Shown one piece after another: positions 1 to 12,829 of a DNA stretch of 64,000 bases. This stretch comes from Adineta vaga (taxonomy: Eukaryota > Animalia > Rotifera), in contig CP075497.1 in assembly GCA_021613535.1 (NCBI GenBank), forward strand, positions 12,586,001-12,650,000, written 5' to 3'. Positions within the stretch are counted from its first letter, which is position 1; every line of letters begins with the position of its first letter. The notes beneath the pieces are model-generated. The model had not been told where the DNA came from, ran no database searches, and worked only from the letters and a program-made list of their open reading frames with translations. A program made the translations under genes and the position numbers.

Positions 1-247
1 TCGAAATTCTTTTCCATCACGCCATATTCTCTCAGAGATCTTTTTCCTTCTTCTTCTTCTTTTCTATTTTGACAGAAAAGCTTCTCAAAGATGATTTTTT
101 TTTGTTCGTTCTTCTATCTAAACGATGGTGTGATGTTCGAAGAATGAGAGAAAAAGAACGATTAGATTTCTATTAGAATGAAAACAGGAAAACTAGTTCG
201 ATCATTTTCTCGTTTGATTAAAAATCATATTTTATATCCTTATTCAG

Positions 248-1254
248 CATTTGTGGAAAAAAATGCCATGGCTGCACTTCAAGATTCATTTACTGATTTA
301 AGTAAGTCATTTGTTTGTAAACAGATTCATCGTGCTCATTGCTTCAATATTTCGCTTTTTGCTTTATGTTTTTAAAGATAATCGAATCGAACGATCAACA
401 TCATCAGGTGTTTTTTCTTTCTTAATTTATTCATTGAAAAATCTTAAAATAATATTTTTCTTTTAATTAGTGAAACGAATTGAACATGAAAGTTTGAATC
501 GACAGCGAACATCAAGTATAACAAATCATCATGATAAAGAGAAAACAACAAGTTTTATCAATTCTTCAAAGAAAAAACATTCACGAAAACAACAATCAAA
601 TGACTTAGATTCATCAATTGAAGATTCTTCATCAAATAAACATCGAAAACACATTCATCAAGATGATCATACTCATTATAGTGATTCCAATTCAGTTATA
701 TCTTCTCCATCAACTTATATTTCTTCATCAACATGGTCAACAAACAATTTTTTAATTCCATTTTGTATCATCACGTAAGAATTTCTTTTCAACGATATTC
801 TATTTCGATTCTATTTTTTATTAAATAGAATGTTAATTTTATTGACTGTTAATATATTTTTATGCGTAAAATTAAATGAAATTGATCGGATGACAGATCG
901 TCTTATACAAAATTATCCTTTATGGTCAAATGATTTTTCGTAATGATTAAATTAAGATTTACTTATTGAAATTCATTTTTCTCTATTCAGATATCCTAAA
1001 CAAGAAAATGAATGGTCAATTTTATTAAAAAGACAAGAAGAATATTATCAAACGAAATTAAATGGACTTCAATCAGTTATTTTATCAACACATAATGCTT
1101 TAAAAAATGTTTGTTTTTTTCTCGATTTTTAAACGAAAAAATTTCTTTGAACTTTATCTTCTATTTTTAGGTTACAGATGCTTTAAATGAATTATCGAAA
1201 TTAAGTAGTGGATCAAATGTTAATGCACCTATTAATCGTCTTCAGTCTCTATAG
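248..1254 (+). CDS. 3' exons of a GRAMD1/Aster-like protein (end of VASt domain, Ser-rich linker, TM helix, C-terminal amphipathic helix); 5' part lies outside the window
   Basis: Spliced exons read AFVEKNAMAALQDSFTDL, a Ser-rich linker, hydrophobic LIPFCII-MLILLTVNIFLCVKL, then EWSILLKRQEEYYQTKLNGLQSVILSTHNALKNVTDALNEL; stop TAG 1252-1254; GT-AG introns. Layout matches GRAMD1 C-termini. Confidence 0.7.
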
Positions 1255-1623
1255 GTTTCACATTGGTGCTCTTCTTTTCTTTTTTTCAAAGACCGGTGTA
1301 TTTAATCATAAGGCGAATATTCTTTATTGTAATTTTTTTTCTCTCTTCATATTATTATTTATTAACTCCGTTAGGAGATATGTGATTCCGTTCTTTCCTT
1401 TTTCTTCAAGTAAATCTTCTAACTAATGAGGCAGATGAGAAATATTTAACATATCGTTAACATCTCTTTTTTTATTACTTCTAAAATCCATTAAAATGGT
1501 TCACTAAATAAACTTTTTTATCCAATGTAATCAAATATTATAAGAAAGGAATAAGGTACTTTAATTCCCACCTTTCGTATGGAAGAAAAAAATAGCTTAA
1601 CTTTTTTTTAATAATCATATTGT

Positions 1624-1886
1624 TTATAATGGCTTCTGAACCTTGAGTATTTCACATGGCCAAATTCCAAATATTATTTTCATTCAATTGATTTCTATCC
1701 AAGTTCTTTTAATGTATTATCATAGAGACCAATATTTCCTTTCGAATCAACAATCAATAACCAACCACTCGGTTTAGCCACTCGAGCACATTCTCTTATT
1801 GCTTGTTGCTTTTCAATTGTGTTTGATACATTATGAATTGCTAATGAAGAAGTAACTAGAATAAATGAATTATCTGAAAAAGGTAA
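1624..1886 (-). pseudogene. Class I SAM-dependent methyltransferase C-terminal fragment (Methyltransf_11-like), disrupted
   Basis: Reverse strand reads LPFSDNSFILVTSSLAIHNVSNTIEKQQAIRECARVAKPSGWLLIVD...LKELG then a stop; IFGIWPCEILKVQKPL* follows in another frame; no N-terminal half. Confidence 0.75.
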
Positions 1887-2212
1887 AAATCAACAGTTTT
1901 GTGTCATTATTGAGAAAAAAACGAAAACGAATTTTCATTGTAAGATCTATAATCATTTGAAACAATTATTTCGTTTTTGGTTCAAGTCATTCGTCCGTCA
2001 TCTATCGAGATAAATGTAAAAGAAAGAAAGAAGATATAATAATGTTAGATTGGGTGAAAATATTTAATTTGATGAATTCCATTTAAGATAATAACCAAAA
2101 GGCTCTATCAAGATGTGTTTTATTTTAAATTCATTTTATAGTCGATGATATTGTTGTTTCTTCAGATTCAATATGAACAAATATTAACACGAACAATTGT
2201 GCCAAGAGTTGC

Positions 2213-3895
2213 ATATTTGTACTGCTCATAGTTTTTTGTTAATAAAAATAAACACTTGAGATTCAACAGTACCTAGAAAATGTCTATATCTGTTGATATA
2301 TACTTTTATGGAAATTATAATGTGAATCGATTATTCATTAGAATGAAAAGATTATTAAGTGAAATTAATTCTTCCTTTAGAAAAGTATGATGATTTGATG
2401 TTTGAATAAGTTCATGTTTTATTGAAATTGTTTTGTTTGTTACCATACGTTTTATTTCCATCAATGCTCTATTTCAAGAGTCAGTGTCGTAGGTTTTAAA
2501 GGAAGTTTTTTTTTAAATAAATTATAATTTAAATTCTTCGATCGAAAGAAATAATCAATGAAATTGAAAAAGAATGAATTAACAACGAAGTGTTTTATTG
2601 ATTTAAAAGAGGAAAAGCAATTACATAAAATCTGTTTTTCTTGTTTATTTTGAAGTGATGGAATATAATAATAATAAAAAGCAAGAAGAAGAAGAAGAAG
2701 AAGAAGAAAAAGTTGGTTATATCACGAGAAAATATTTGTTTTTGATTTCGATTAATTTACATAGGAGGTCGGTTTTGTCTAAATAGGAAAAAAGAAGAAA
2801 ATAAATGAATATATAAGAAATACAAATTTTAGCAATGTGAGCTGAGCAAATTTAAAAAGCAAATAAAAACTAACAAAAGTCTTGTGTCTATTTCAAATCA
2901 ACTTGATCGTAGATTCGTTTGAATTGTACGCATTTGATATGCTAATGGATCATCACTTAACAAATCATTTCTCTTATTTTAATTACTTTTCTCAAAAATA
3001 TTTTATGAAAAGAAAAGAAAAAACTCTTACGTTTTCCATGTTTTGTGAAGAATGAAGAAGACAACGAAAGTAATCATACAAACAATTCCAACAGCAATAT
3101 AAGCCCAACCAAGAAATGGATTTTTGCCACCCATCCATGATGTTGTACTTATTATGAATTGTTTTCGTCCAGAAAAACTTGTTACTGGATAATCTATTTT
3201 AAACAAAAAGAAAAAGAAAGGCATTTGATTTCAAAATTGAAATGAATTCATTTACTATAAGTTATTGTAAGCATATAATTTCCTTTGGGTAAACCACTTT
3301 GAAATGTTCCTGAACCATTTTGATATAGTTTTCGATATAACTTTCTAAATGTTGGCATAGCAGCCGTGCGCATCCAAACAATAAAATCTTCATTTTTATA
3401 ACCATTGTTATCAGGATTATTTTGATCTAGATGCCAAGCATCTTGTTGCCAATTAGGCGGACGAGGATTTGATGCAAAAACTAAATTTAAATATCAAATT
3501 GAATTTTTTTTCATTGAACAAATCAATCAAGTTTTTATACAATTAGCAGCATCATCAGGATTTTGAAATTTTACATCTTTATCAGTTGACCATGCTATTC
3601 CTGTATTTTTAAATGGTACAACATTTCCATTCATTGATAATGTTAAGGTATCTTTTTAAAGGAAAAAGAAAATTTATTATTTAAAAAAAAAAGGAAATGA
3701 TTACCATTAAATTTTGAATTCGCAATAGCACCACAAGGTGTTATATCTTTACTTGAATCATTTGCGGATGTTGATTTTTGAAATGGTTGACATTCTGATG
3801 CAACTGCATCTTTTTTACCTAATAACTGATTATCATCACGTGATCGAACATAACGACGATGATTTTGATAATAATTAACTAAATCATAATAAAAA
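2213..3895. repeat. Near-identical direct duplicate (about 1.68 kb) of 7854-9528
   Basis: Matches 7854-9528 from atatttgtactgctcata to cataataaaaa, with a few SNPs and (gaa)n length differences. Confidence 0.97.
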
Positions 3896-3900
3896 AAACT
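2898..3900 (-). pseudogene. 5'-truncated CDC50/TMEM30 copy (lacks the first three exons and the acceptor of the next)
   Basis: Same exons and introns as 8531-9528 ([47 protein letters not shown]); begins abruptly at a junction with unrelated sequence. Confidence 0.9.
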
Positions 3901-5122
3901 ACCCAATACTTCTTAAGCGAAGTAGCGGTTAAAAAAACATTTGTAGTTGTTATTTTAATTGAACGTATTTGTGTTGATTGGAATGAATTATTAATATTTA
4001 TTAAAGGAAAAGTTAAGGATCGATTTACATTGGATGTTTTTCTACGATGAATTTTTTCTTTAGAAGATTTTTGAATATGTTGAGATTGACTTCTTTGTAT
4101 TGAAAAAATCATTTGATGATTATTATCTTGAACAATCCATGAATGTCTTCGTTGAGTTTTTAATGTAAATGTTTGAACATTTGATATTGATTTAAATGCA
4201 TTTGCAACAATATTTGTTTGATTTGATAAAGAAAATGGTAAACCAGAACATATTTCTAATTGAATTGAATTTCATGGTGATTGAGAAGAAAATTATGTTG
4301 ATGATGATGAGGGATGATTTAATAAATAAGTTTTTATATTATCAAATGATGAAAATTTGGGTTTTGAAACATTTTTATTTAAATTTTTAGAAATAAATTC
4401 TGATGGAATTGATGAAGAATTTTTTGAAACGAAGAAATAGTTTTAATGTATCCATTGAATTTATTTTTAATGAAGTTGATTTTTTTTTCTAATGATGTTT
4501 TTGTATTGATTGCTGATTCATTACTTGTTGTACTTGTTGATGATGATTCCAATATGGTTTTTGTTGATAATTCATCAAGATTTCCAATTATAACTGGTTC
4601 ACTTTTATTTCGTCGATGATTTATCTGACGTTGTTTACTTTGAAGATATAATAATGATGATAAATTTACTTCATCTGATGATTCATTTAATAAACTTGTT
4701 CTTTGTTCTGATGATAAATTATCATTATATGATGGAGATGAGATCATTAACATTGTCATACTTGATATTTCATTATTTGGAACATTTCCGACAGCTAATA
4801 AAAAAAAAACGTAATTTTTCTTATTGATAAAAGAAAATATTTAAAAAAACCTATACTTGAACTTTTATTAATAAGAGAATCAATTGTTCCTGATAGATTG
4901 GATGAATTATTTGAACTTATTGATGATAAACCATTTTGATGGTGTTGAGTACCTACAGAATATGGGATTGTGGAAGATATTATTGATCTTTGATTAATTT
5001 CATCAATGGATGAATTTTCAGGAGATGAACTATACAATAATAAGAAATTTCAATACTTTCTCTTTTATTCATTACCTTATAGTTGTTCCATCTAATGGAA
5101 TAACTGGAGGAATGTGGGACAT
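3897..5122 (-). pseudogene. Ser-rich low-complexity gene fragment, frameshifted, abutting the truncated CDC50 copy
   Basis: ATG at 5122 (MSHIPPVIPLDGTTI), two short GT-AG introns, motifs HRRNKSEP, QLEICSGLPF, RRHSW; coding-like sequence changes frame several times between 4500 and 4250. Confidence 0.55.
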
Positions 5123-5684
5123 TATTATATCAATCTATAGAGATAATCAACTATAAAATCTTGGAAATTATATTAATTTCCTGTAATTTGAAGTTAAAAT
5201 ATGTACATATTCTAGAGATAAATAGATTCATTATTAAAAAGAAGAATTTTTAAATTCAGATAATGACAAGAACAGAACAACGAAACGAATTTGATTTTAT
5301 TTTGAAGGGAAAGTTAAAATTAATCAACATCATTAAAATTCGTCAATAGAATTATTTATTTGATTTTAGTTTATGTATTTTTTAAATAATTTTATTCTGA
5401 AAATTTTCTATTCTTTTCTCATTTTTATTTTATTATATATACTGAATAGATGTCACTCTACTTCGACTAACACATCTTCGAGAAAGTCATGGACAACAGA
5501 TACAATAATTATATGTTTCAGTCGGAATAGTAATTCGTTCTTTTCTTACTATTTAAACTTAGTCCAACTGAAATAGTAATACATGGAATTCTATTGTAGT
5601 CACTGAACGCATCAACTTTACTATGCCAGTTATACATTCTTCTCTTTTCGTTCTTCTAGAATATTCTCTAACTAAATTTTCTAG

Positions 5685-5853
5685 ATTCGGATCATCAAGT
5701 TTCTCAAAATTCATCGGTTTGCCTTCGAAAGAAATGAATAAGTGTCCTTATTGTCAATCAATGGTATTCAACAAGTCGATGTGCACTATTTGTGAACAAA
5801 ATATTGAATCTATGGCAATTGATTTACAGTCCAGTATTGAATCAATCAGTTTG
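5685..5853 (+). other. Possible exon encoding a small CxxC-CxxC zinc ribbon
   Basis: Bounded by ttttctag and gtaaga; reads NKCPYCQSMVFNKSMCTICEQNIE. Confidence 0.35.
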
Positions 5854-6982
5854 GTAAGAGGATTCATTACAATTATTAAATACTGTTATGCTTGTTGTTC
5901 GCTTGACATTTATCTTATCACACGCACTCTCGACACAAAATGAACGACTATATATAGGTTCGCAAAAGGAAAAAACCCATATATGAATACGAAAGAAAAA
6001 TCCCTAAAATGAACATTTCCTAGAGTAACATAAAAGATAAGATAACAGAGAGAGGATTAATCCCTCATATATGAAAGAGAAGAAAATACCTCTCGATAGA
6101 GAGAATGACAAAAGGGGAAGTTACCTATATAAAAGAACAGACAGGAAAATGTCTATCGATAGAGAGAAGATAATACATATGTAACAAGAATAGAAAGGAG
6201 AACGAAAGAGAATATAACACATATACGATCATACTGAAGATCGTTCTTATGAACTGCATCTGGGTAAGATGCAGGGCATAACAAATACATAGATTAGAAA
6301 ATAGAGCTACAAAGAATCTAGCGAGACCCTAAGCATTGCAGAGTTCATTCCAACAATCTATTCTTCAAGTCATATACCGTATAATACATTACAATATGAA
6401 ACATTCTCAAGAAATCTCTGAAACTCTTCAGTTTTTGCTTCTCATCAAATTATACAGAAAATCCATTTCTTCTATAACTTCAGTGGACGTGCACTCTTCA
6501 TGTCTATTGTAAAGAAAAACTTCGATTTGAAAGTAAAATAAATTTCTTGTTTTCCGTCAGAATTTATCTTCAGTTTTCTTAAACAGGATAGAAAAAATAT
6601 GAATTTCTTTACTCCAGAATCAAAATACGATTTTTCGTTTGATATTACAGCTATTGACATCCTTTCTTTCATACTTTAATACCTCCTGAACGATATGTGA
6701 TATATATATATGTATCCATAATAGAAGATTATTTCCTTACTCATTATTGGTTTATCCATATGCGTTTATTGACCTATGACCGATAAACAAATTTCTAAAT
6801 ATCTTTCCTATTCTCGTCATATATAGCACATATAGACGACAATCATATAGATAAAATATAAGTATAGGTCATCAGGTGAAATAAGTCGACGGATAATACA
6901 ATGACAATGACATAAGGAATTAGAAGAATATAAATAGTTCAAAAATTAAAGAAAAAGAATCATATTTCTTCTAGTTTAAAAA

Positions 6983-7799
6983 ATGAATATCAATATATAT
7001 GTAACGGTAAGTAGCAGATACGTTGTTATTTATTCTTGAAACAAATCATCCAAAGTTTAACTTATATCAGGAATAGCAAAAAAATATTTTCTCTATTTGT
7101 TTGTTTTTCTTTTCTAGATTCAATTACCTGCATCATATACAAATGGAACAACAATAAATTATCATGCAGCACCTATAACTATTGGTGGTCAATCAACAGT
7201 TCATGGTGGTACATCAACAGTTCATGGTGGTACATCAACAGTTCATGGTGGTACACCAACTGCTCATGGTGGTACATCAACTGCTCATGGTGGTACATCA
7301 ACTGCTCATGGTGGTACATCAACTGCTCATGGTGGTACATCAACTACTCATGGTGGTACATCAACTGCTCATGGTGGTACATCAAATACACATGGTGGTA
7401 CATCTACAGCTCGTAGTGGTGATACGAACATTAATGATCCAAATGTTCATGTTAATTCAACATTAAATATTAATTCGTATGGTGGTGATTTTCCATCGAA
7501 TTATCATTCGAAAAATAATAGAATGGACGAGCGTGTAGTCCAGATCACTGAAACAAAGCCACCAGTGAATAAGCCGAACATTGTTACACAAAATGGATTA
7601 AAATTTAAGGTATGTAATCTTAGGATACATTTTTTCGTGTTATGTCTCAAAGAAGCTGTGCTAAAAATAAAAATTATTTATATCTTTTCATTTATTATAG
7701 GAATGCGGGTATAATGGTTGTAAAGCACTGAATCCTGTGAAGAATAATATGTTCAGCTGCAGTGATATTAAATGTGGTAGAAATTATATAAAAAAATAA
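6983..7799 (+). CDS. Novel 204-aa protein with (GGTSTAH)-type heptad repeats and a C-terminal Cys4 zinc ribbon; exons 6983-7006, 7118-7609, 7701-7799
   Basis: ATG 6983, phase-0 GT-AG introns, 492-nt open middle exon, last exon ECGYNGCKALNPVKNNMFSCSDIKCGRNYIKK*, TATAAA near 6928. Confidence 0.75.
7184..7414 (+). repeat. Coding minisatellite, 11 x 21 bp (ggtggtacatcaactgctcat)
   Basis: Directly visible tandem array. Confidence 0.98.
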
Positions 7800-8530
7800 T
7801 TATTTATTTTGTACTGTGAGTTGCTCGGCAAAACCGGCAATGATTCTTATTTTATATTTGTACTGCTCATATGTTTTTGTTAATAAAAATAAACACTTGA
7901 GATTCAACAGTACCTAGAAAATGTCTATATCTGTTGATATATACTTTTATGGAAATTATAATGTGAATCGATTATTCATTAGAATGAAAAGATTATTAAG
8001 TGAAATTAATTCTTCCTTTAGAAAAGTATGATGATTTGATGTTTGAATAAGTTCATGTTTTATTGAAATTGTTTTGTTTGTTACCATACGTTTTATTTCC
8101 ATCAATGCTCTATTTCAAGAGTCAGTGTCGTAGGTTTTAAAGGAAGTTTTTTTTTAAATAAATTATAATTTAAATTCTTCGATCGAAAGAAATAATCAAT
8201 GAAATTGAAAAAGAATGAATTAACAATGAAGTTTTTTATTGATTTAAAAGAGGAAAAGCAATTACATAAAATCTGTTTTTTTTTGTTTATTTTGAAGTGA
8301 TAGAATATAATAATAAAAAGCAAGAAGAAGAAGAAGAAGAAAAAGTTGGTTATATCACGAGAAAATATTTGTTTTTGATTTCGATTAATTTACATAGGAG
8401 GTCGGTTTTGTCTAAATAGGAAAAAAGAAGAAAATAAATGAATATATAAGAAATACAAATTTTAGCAATGTGAGCTGAGCAAATTTAAAAAGCAAATAAA
8501 AACTAACAAAAGTCTTGTGTCTATTTCAAA

Positions 8531-10062
8531 TCAACTTGATCGTAGATTCGTTTGAATTGTACGCATTTGATATGCTAATGGATCATCACTTAACAAATCA
8601 TTTCTCTTATTTTAATTACTTTTCTCAAAAATATTTTATGAAAAGAAAAGAAAAAACTCTTACGTTTTCCATGTTTTGTGAAGAATGAAGAAGACAACGA
8701 AAGTAATCATACAAACAATTCCAACAGCAATATAAGCCCAACCAAGAAATGGATTTTTGCCACCCATCCATGATGTTGTACTTATTATGAATTGTTTTCG
8801 CCCAGAAAAACTTGTTACTGGATAATCTATTTTAAACAAAAAGAAAAAGAAAGGCATTTGATTTCAAAATTGAAATGAATTCATTTACTATAAGTTATTG
8901 TAAGCATATAATTTCCTTTGGGTAAACCACTTTGAAATGTTCCTGAACCATTTTGATATAGTTTTCGATATAACTTTCTAAATGTTGGCATAGCAGCCGT
9001 GCGCATCCAAACAATAAAATCTTCATTTTTATAACCATTGTTATCAGGATTATTTTGATCTAGATGCCAAGCATCTTGTTGCCAATTAGGCGGACGAGGA
9101 TTTGATGCAAAAACTAAATTTAAATATCAAATTGAATTTTTTTTCATTGAACAAATCAATCAAGTTTTTATACAATTAGCAGCATCATCAGGATTTTGAA
9201 ATTTTACATCTTTATCAGTTGACCATGCTATTCCTGTATTTTTAAATGGTACAACATTTCCATTCATTGATAATGTTAAGGTATCTTTTTAAAGGAAAAA
9301 GAAAATTTATTATTTAAAAAAAAAAGGAAATGATTACCATTAAATTTTGAATTCGCAATAGCACCACAAGGTGTTATATCTTTACTTGAATCATTTGCGG
9401 ATGTTGATTTTTGAAATGGTTGACATTCTGATGCAACTGCATCTTTTTTACCTAATAACTGATTATCATCACGTGATCGAACATAACGACGATGATTTTG
9501 ATAATAATTAACTAAACCATAATAAAAATAAACATCACCCTTAACAAATAAAATAACAAATCGATTATTATTAAAGTAAATTCTTTTCTACAAACTTCAA
9601 AATCTTTATCTAATGTAAAATTTGTTTGACATGTACAAGTTGCACCAGTGTAATTTGCTTTTTCTAAAACATCAGCACATGTTGATGTTGGTGTAGTTAA
9701 ACTCATACAATTCTTATCTGTATAGTCCAAATCAAACTCCAACACCTTTTCGAAGAATATAAAAGCAAATCTTTTCTTTCTCTTAGATCATTTTCTTCTT
9801 TACCCTATCCGATGTCACAACAAGTACAATACCAATTGGAATAAATATTAATCCAATTATTAAAAACACAGGCAATGCCGTATTTGCTGTTATTATTGGT
9901 TGCCATGCAGGTAAGCGTTGCTGCTTGAATGCAGTATCTAAATAAAAACAGATGATTATTCTAGTGATTAAAAGTGTTGAGTTTTTATTTGACAAATAAA
10001 CCTGCTGGTTTCTTGCTTTTCTGATGTTCAGCATCCGCTTCATTATCCGGTGGAGTTGACAT
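8531..10062 (-). CDS. TMEM30A: CDC50/TMEM30 P4-ATPase flippase beta subunit, complete multi-exon gene
   Basis: [10 protein letters not shown]...[70 protein letters not shown]; stop TGA at 8533-8531. Confidence 0.95.
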
Positions 10063-10687
10063 TTTTATGAAAAAAATCTGATCAAAAATAAATAAATGGA
10101 AATCTTGATATATGTATTTGCGTCACTCAAAAAATAATAACAAGAACAGAACAACTTACTTATATAATTGATATCAAATCATTTAGATTCTTCTCAAAAA
10201 AAATAAGTAAAAGAAATTTATTCGTTTTTATCTGAGAAATAAATTTGTTTTTTTCTTAAATGATTTGATTTTGTTTAGAAAGAAAAATAAACCCATTGAT
10301 AGATGTCGCACTACGTCAACAGTAAAACTAAACTTTTCAAGAAAATCGTTTGAAATAAAAAAAGAAAAGAAAAATATTTGCTGAATTATTTCTTAGAAAC
10401 ATGTTTTATTACCATCGATACCAAACATTTCATTCTTTTTTTCTTCTATGAGAGAGAGAGAAAGATACTTTTCCTAATGAAATTGTCATTGACAACTATT
10501 CATTTGTTTTTCTCGTTAAAACTAAATAATAATAAAAAAACAGAGGATTGAATTGAGAGAATTATTTTCAAAATACGAATAAAAAAGGCAATGAAATTGA
10601 CGGAGGCTATATGAATAGAGAAAAAATCATCGAAGCATATCCTTCAGTTGATATAGGACATTTTCGTTTCTTTTTTCAAATCATGTG

Positions 10688-11854
10688 ATGTCATTTTATT
10701 TATATTTTAAACGATTATGGTATTCATTATCTTATAGAAGAAGTAAACGAGTACGACAAATTCTCTTCATATTCGGAATAATAAGTTTGATTTTAATTTT
10801 TTATTTAATTAAAAAAACAGAAAAATGTTGGCGTAAGTTTTTCTTTGTTTGAAAATAGAATGATTTGAATAATATTCATTTAGTTGATTATTATCGTTCA
10901 AGATTATTTTGTTTTGTTTTAACAAATCAAGAGAATTTAGAAAATCGTGGACGTGCAACATATGAAACATGGGGTCATCGTTGTGGTCGATTTATTTTAA
11001 TAACTCGTTTAAATTCTTCCCGTTCTTATACAATTTTCGATAATGAACAAATCAATCCTTTTGAAGAAAATCAATTACCAATTCAATATATTCCAACACT
11101 ACCTAATGAAACTTATTCACATCTATCAGATAAAGTTCGAGAAACACTTTTATTTTTATATAAAGTTTATCCTAATTATGATTGGTATCTAAAAGCTGAT
11201 GATGATACTTATATTATCATTGAAAATCTTCTTCGATTTTTAATTAGTACAATTAAGTAAGATTACGTTTTTCTTTATTTGATAGTAAAACAAGAATATT
11301 TTCTTTGAAAAGACGACTTCCAAGACCAATTTTATATGGATATCGATTTCGCGAAGATTATTATGTAAGTGGTGGAAGTGGTTACATAGTAACACGTGAA
11401 GGATTGAATCTATTTGGTTCATATATGAATGATAATTCTACATATTCATTATGTAATTCAACAATGGAAGATATGATGATTGGATTATGTTTTCAAAGAA
11501 TATTTAGTTTTGCTTCACCTGAACAAACAAAAGATCTAATTCTTGTTGGTGAAACAATTGATAATCAAGGAAGAGAAAGATTTCATCCATTAACATTTCG
11601 TGTTCATTTTAATGGACCTTCAAATAAAACAAAGAGAGAATGGATTCATTTTCGAGCATTTCATCATACTTTATTTGTAAGATCTTCATGTGTTTTTTTA
11701 AATTAAATTGATTTTCTTTCTTTTCTCGTAGGGTTATGAAGCATTAAGTGAGACAACAATTAGTTTTCATTATACATCACCTGCTGAGATGTATGAAATC
11801 GATTCATTCCTTTATGATATTAGACAATTTGATAAACAAATTTGTCAGATATAA
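10688..11854 (+). CDS. C1GALT1: Core-1 beta1,3-galactosyltransferase (T-synthase, GT31), type II membrane protein, 4 exons
   Basis: N-terminal TM, TWGHRC, DWYLKADDDTY, YVSGGSGY, EDMMIGLC, GRERFHP, ISFHY. Confidence 0.9.
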
Positions 11855-12829
11855 ATTAATATTTAAAAAGGATCTTATTATCATTTTAGTAAAATGAAGG
11901 AGATATAAAATGATAAAATACTATCTATGGTTTCCCATTAATAAGAACTAAAACAGGAACATATAGTATTGAATTCAAAATAAAAACCTTCGTTTTGATG
12001 TTTTTTTTTATTTTCCTTTATCGACGATAGAAAAATTCTTTTTCGCTTGCTTGATTTCTTTCTTGAATCGTAAATACAGGCACTTTGTATGCGAAACTCA
12101 ATAGTAATCATCATAAGATAACAATATGGTGAAAATTTCGAAACACTTTGTTTAAGTTTCATCAACTTTGTTAAGAAATTACATATAATTCTTGGCAATG
12201 AAATATTGATGTCAACGTATCAATAATCCTTTTTGACTTCAGTCTTTTGCTTCTTAGTTCAATTATATCCTGTGTCTGATTTGACCTTCAAATAAAATAC
12301 CACAGATTTAACAACTAATAAATTTGATTCGATACATTGTCTTCACATCACATTTTCATTTTCACAATGATGATATACGATAAAGAACGTCATTGCGTCG
12401 AGTCCATTACGTCCATACTTTTATCGTTTCTGTGATGATTATTCGAAACGACATAAACATGGTTCTAACACTTTATTTTGGTGAATGTCAGAGAATGAAA
12501 ATGATGTCTATACTATATTCGAGGGTTCAAATCACCATTCTTTTTCGTCTAGAATGTTCCACAAAGTCGTATATAAATAGATGTATACATTCATACTTTT
12601 ACGTATTCGTATCAACTTCGATATATCTATACCGTTTCTTGCTCTTTCAATTTTTTTTTTGATTAATTGATCATCTCTCAATCAACAAAACATGTCTACT
12701 ACAAAATACGTAAGTACTATTCTCTTTCTCGTAGAGAAGAGTCTTAGAAACATAAATTGTTTGCTTGTTTGTTTGCTTGTATGTCCGCAGGGTCAAAAAA
12801 ACATCGAAAATCGATCTTTCCGAAAAGAC

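Noticed and set aside
7184-7414. CRISPR-like array
   Set aside because: Contiguous repeats with no spacers, eukaryotic context, no cas genes.
7036-7466. ORF-track proteins with WWYINCS and MVVHQLL repeats
   Set aside because: Alternative frames of the 21-bp minisatellite; only the GGTSTAH frame fits the splice sites and the synonymous variation.
11938-12662. Short ORFs between C1GALT1 and the Helentron
   Set aside because: No motifs or consistent exon chain; at most decayed coding sequence.
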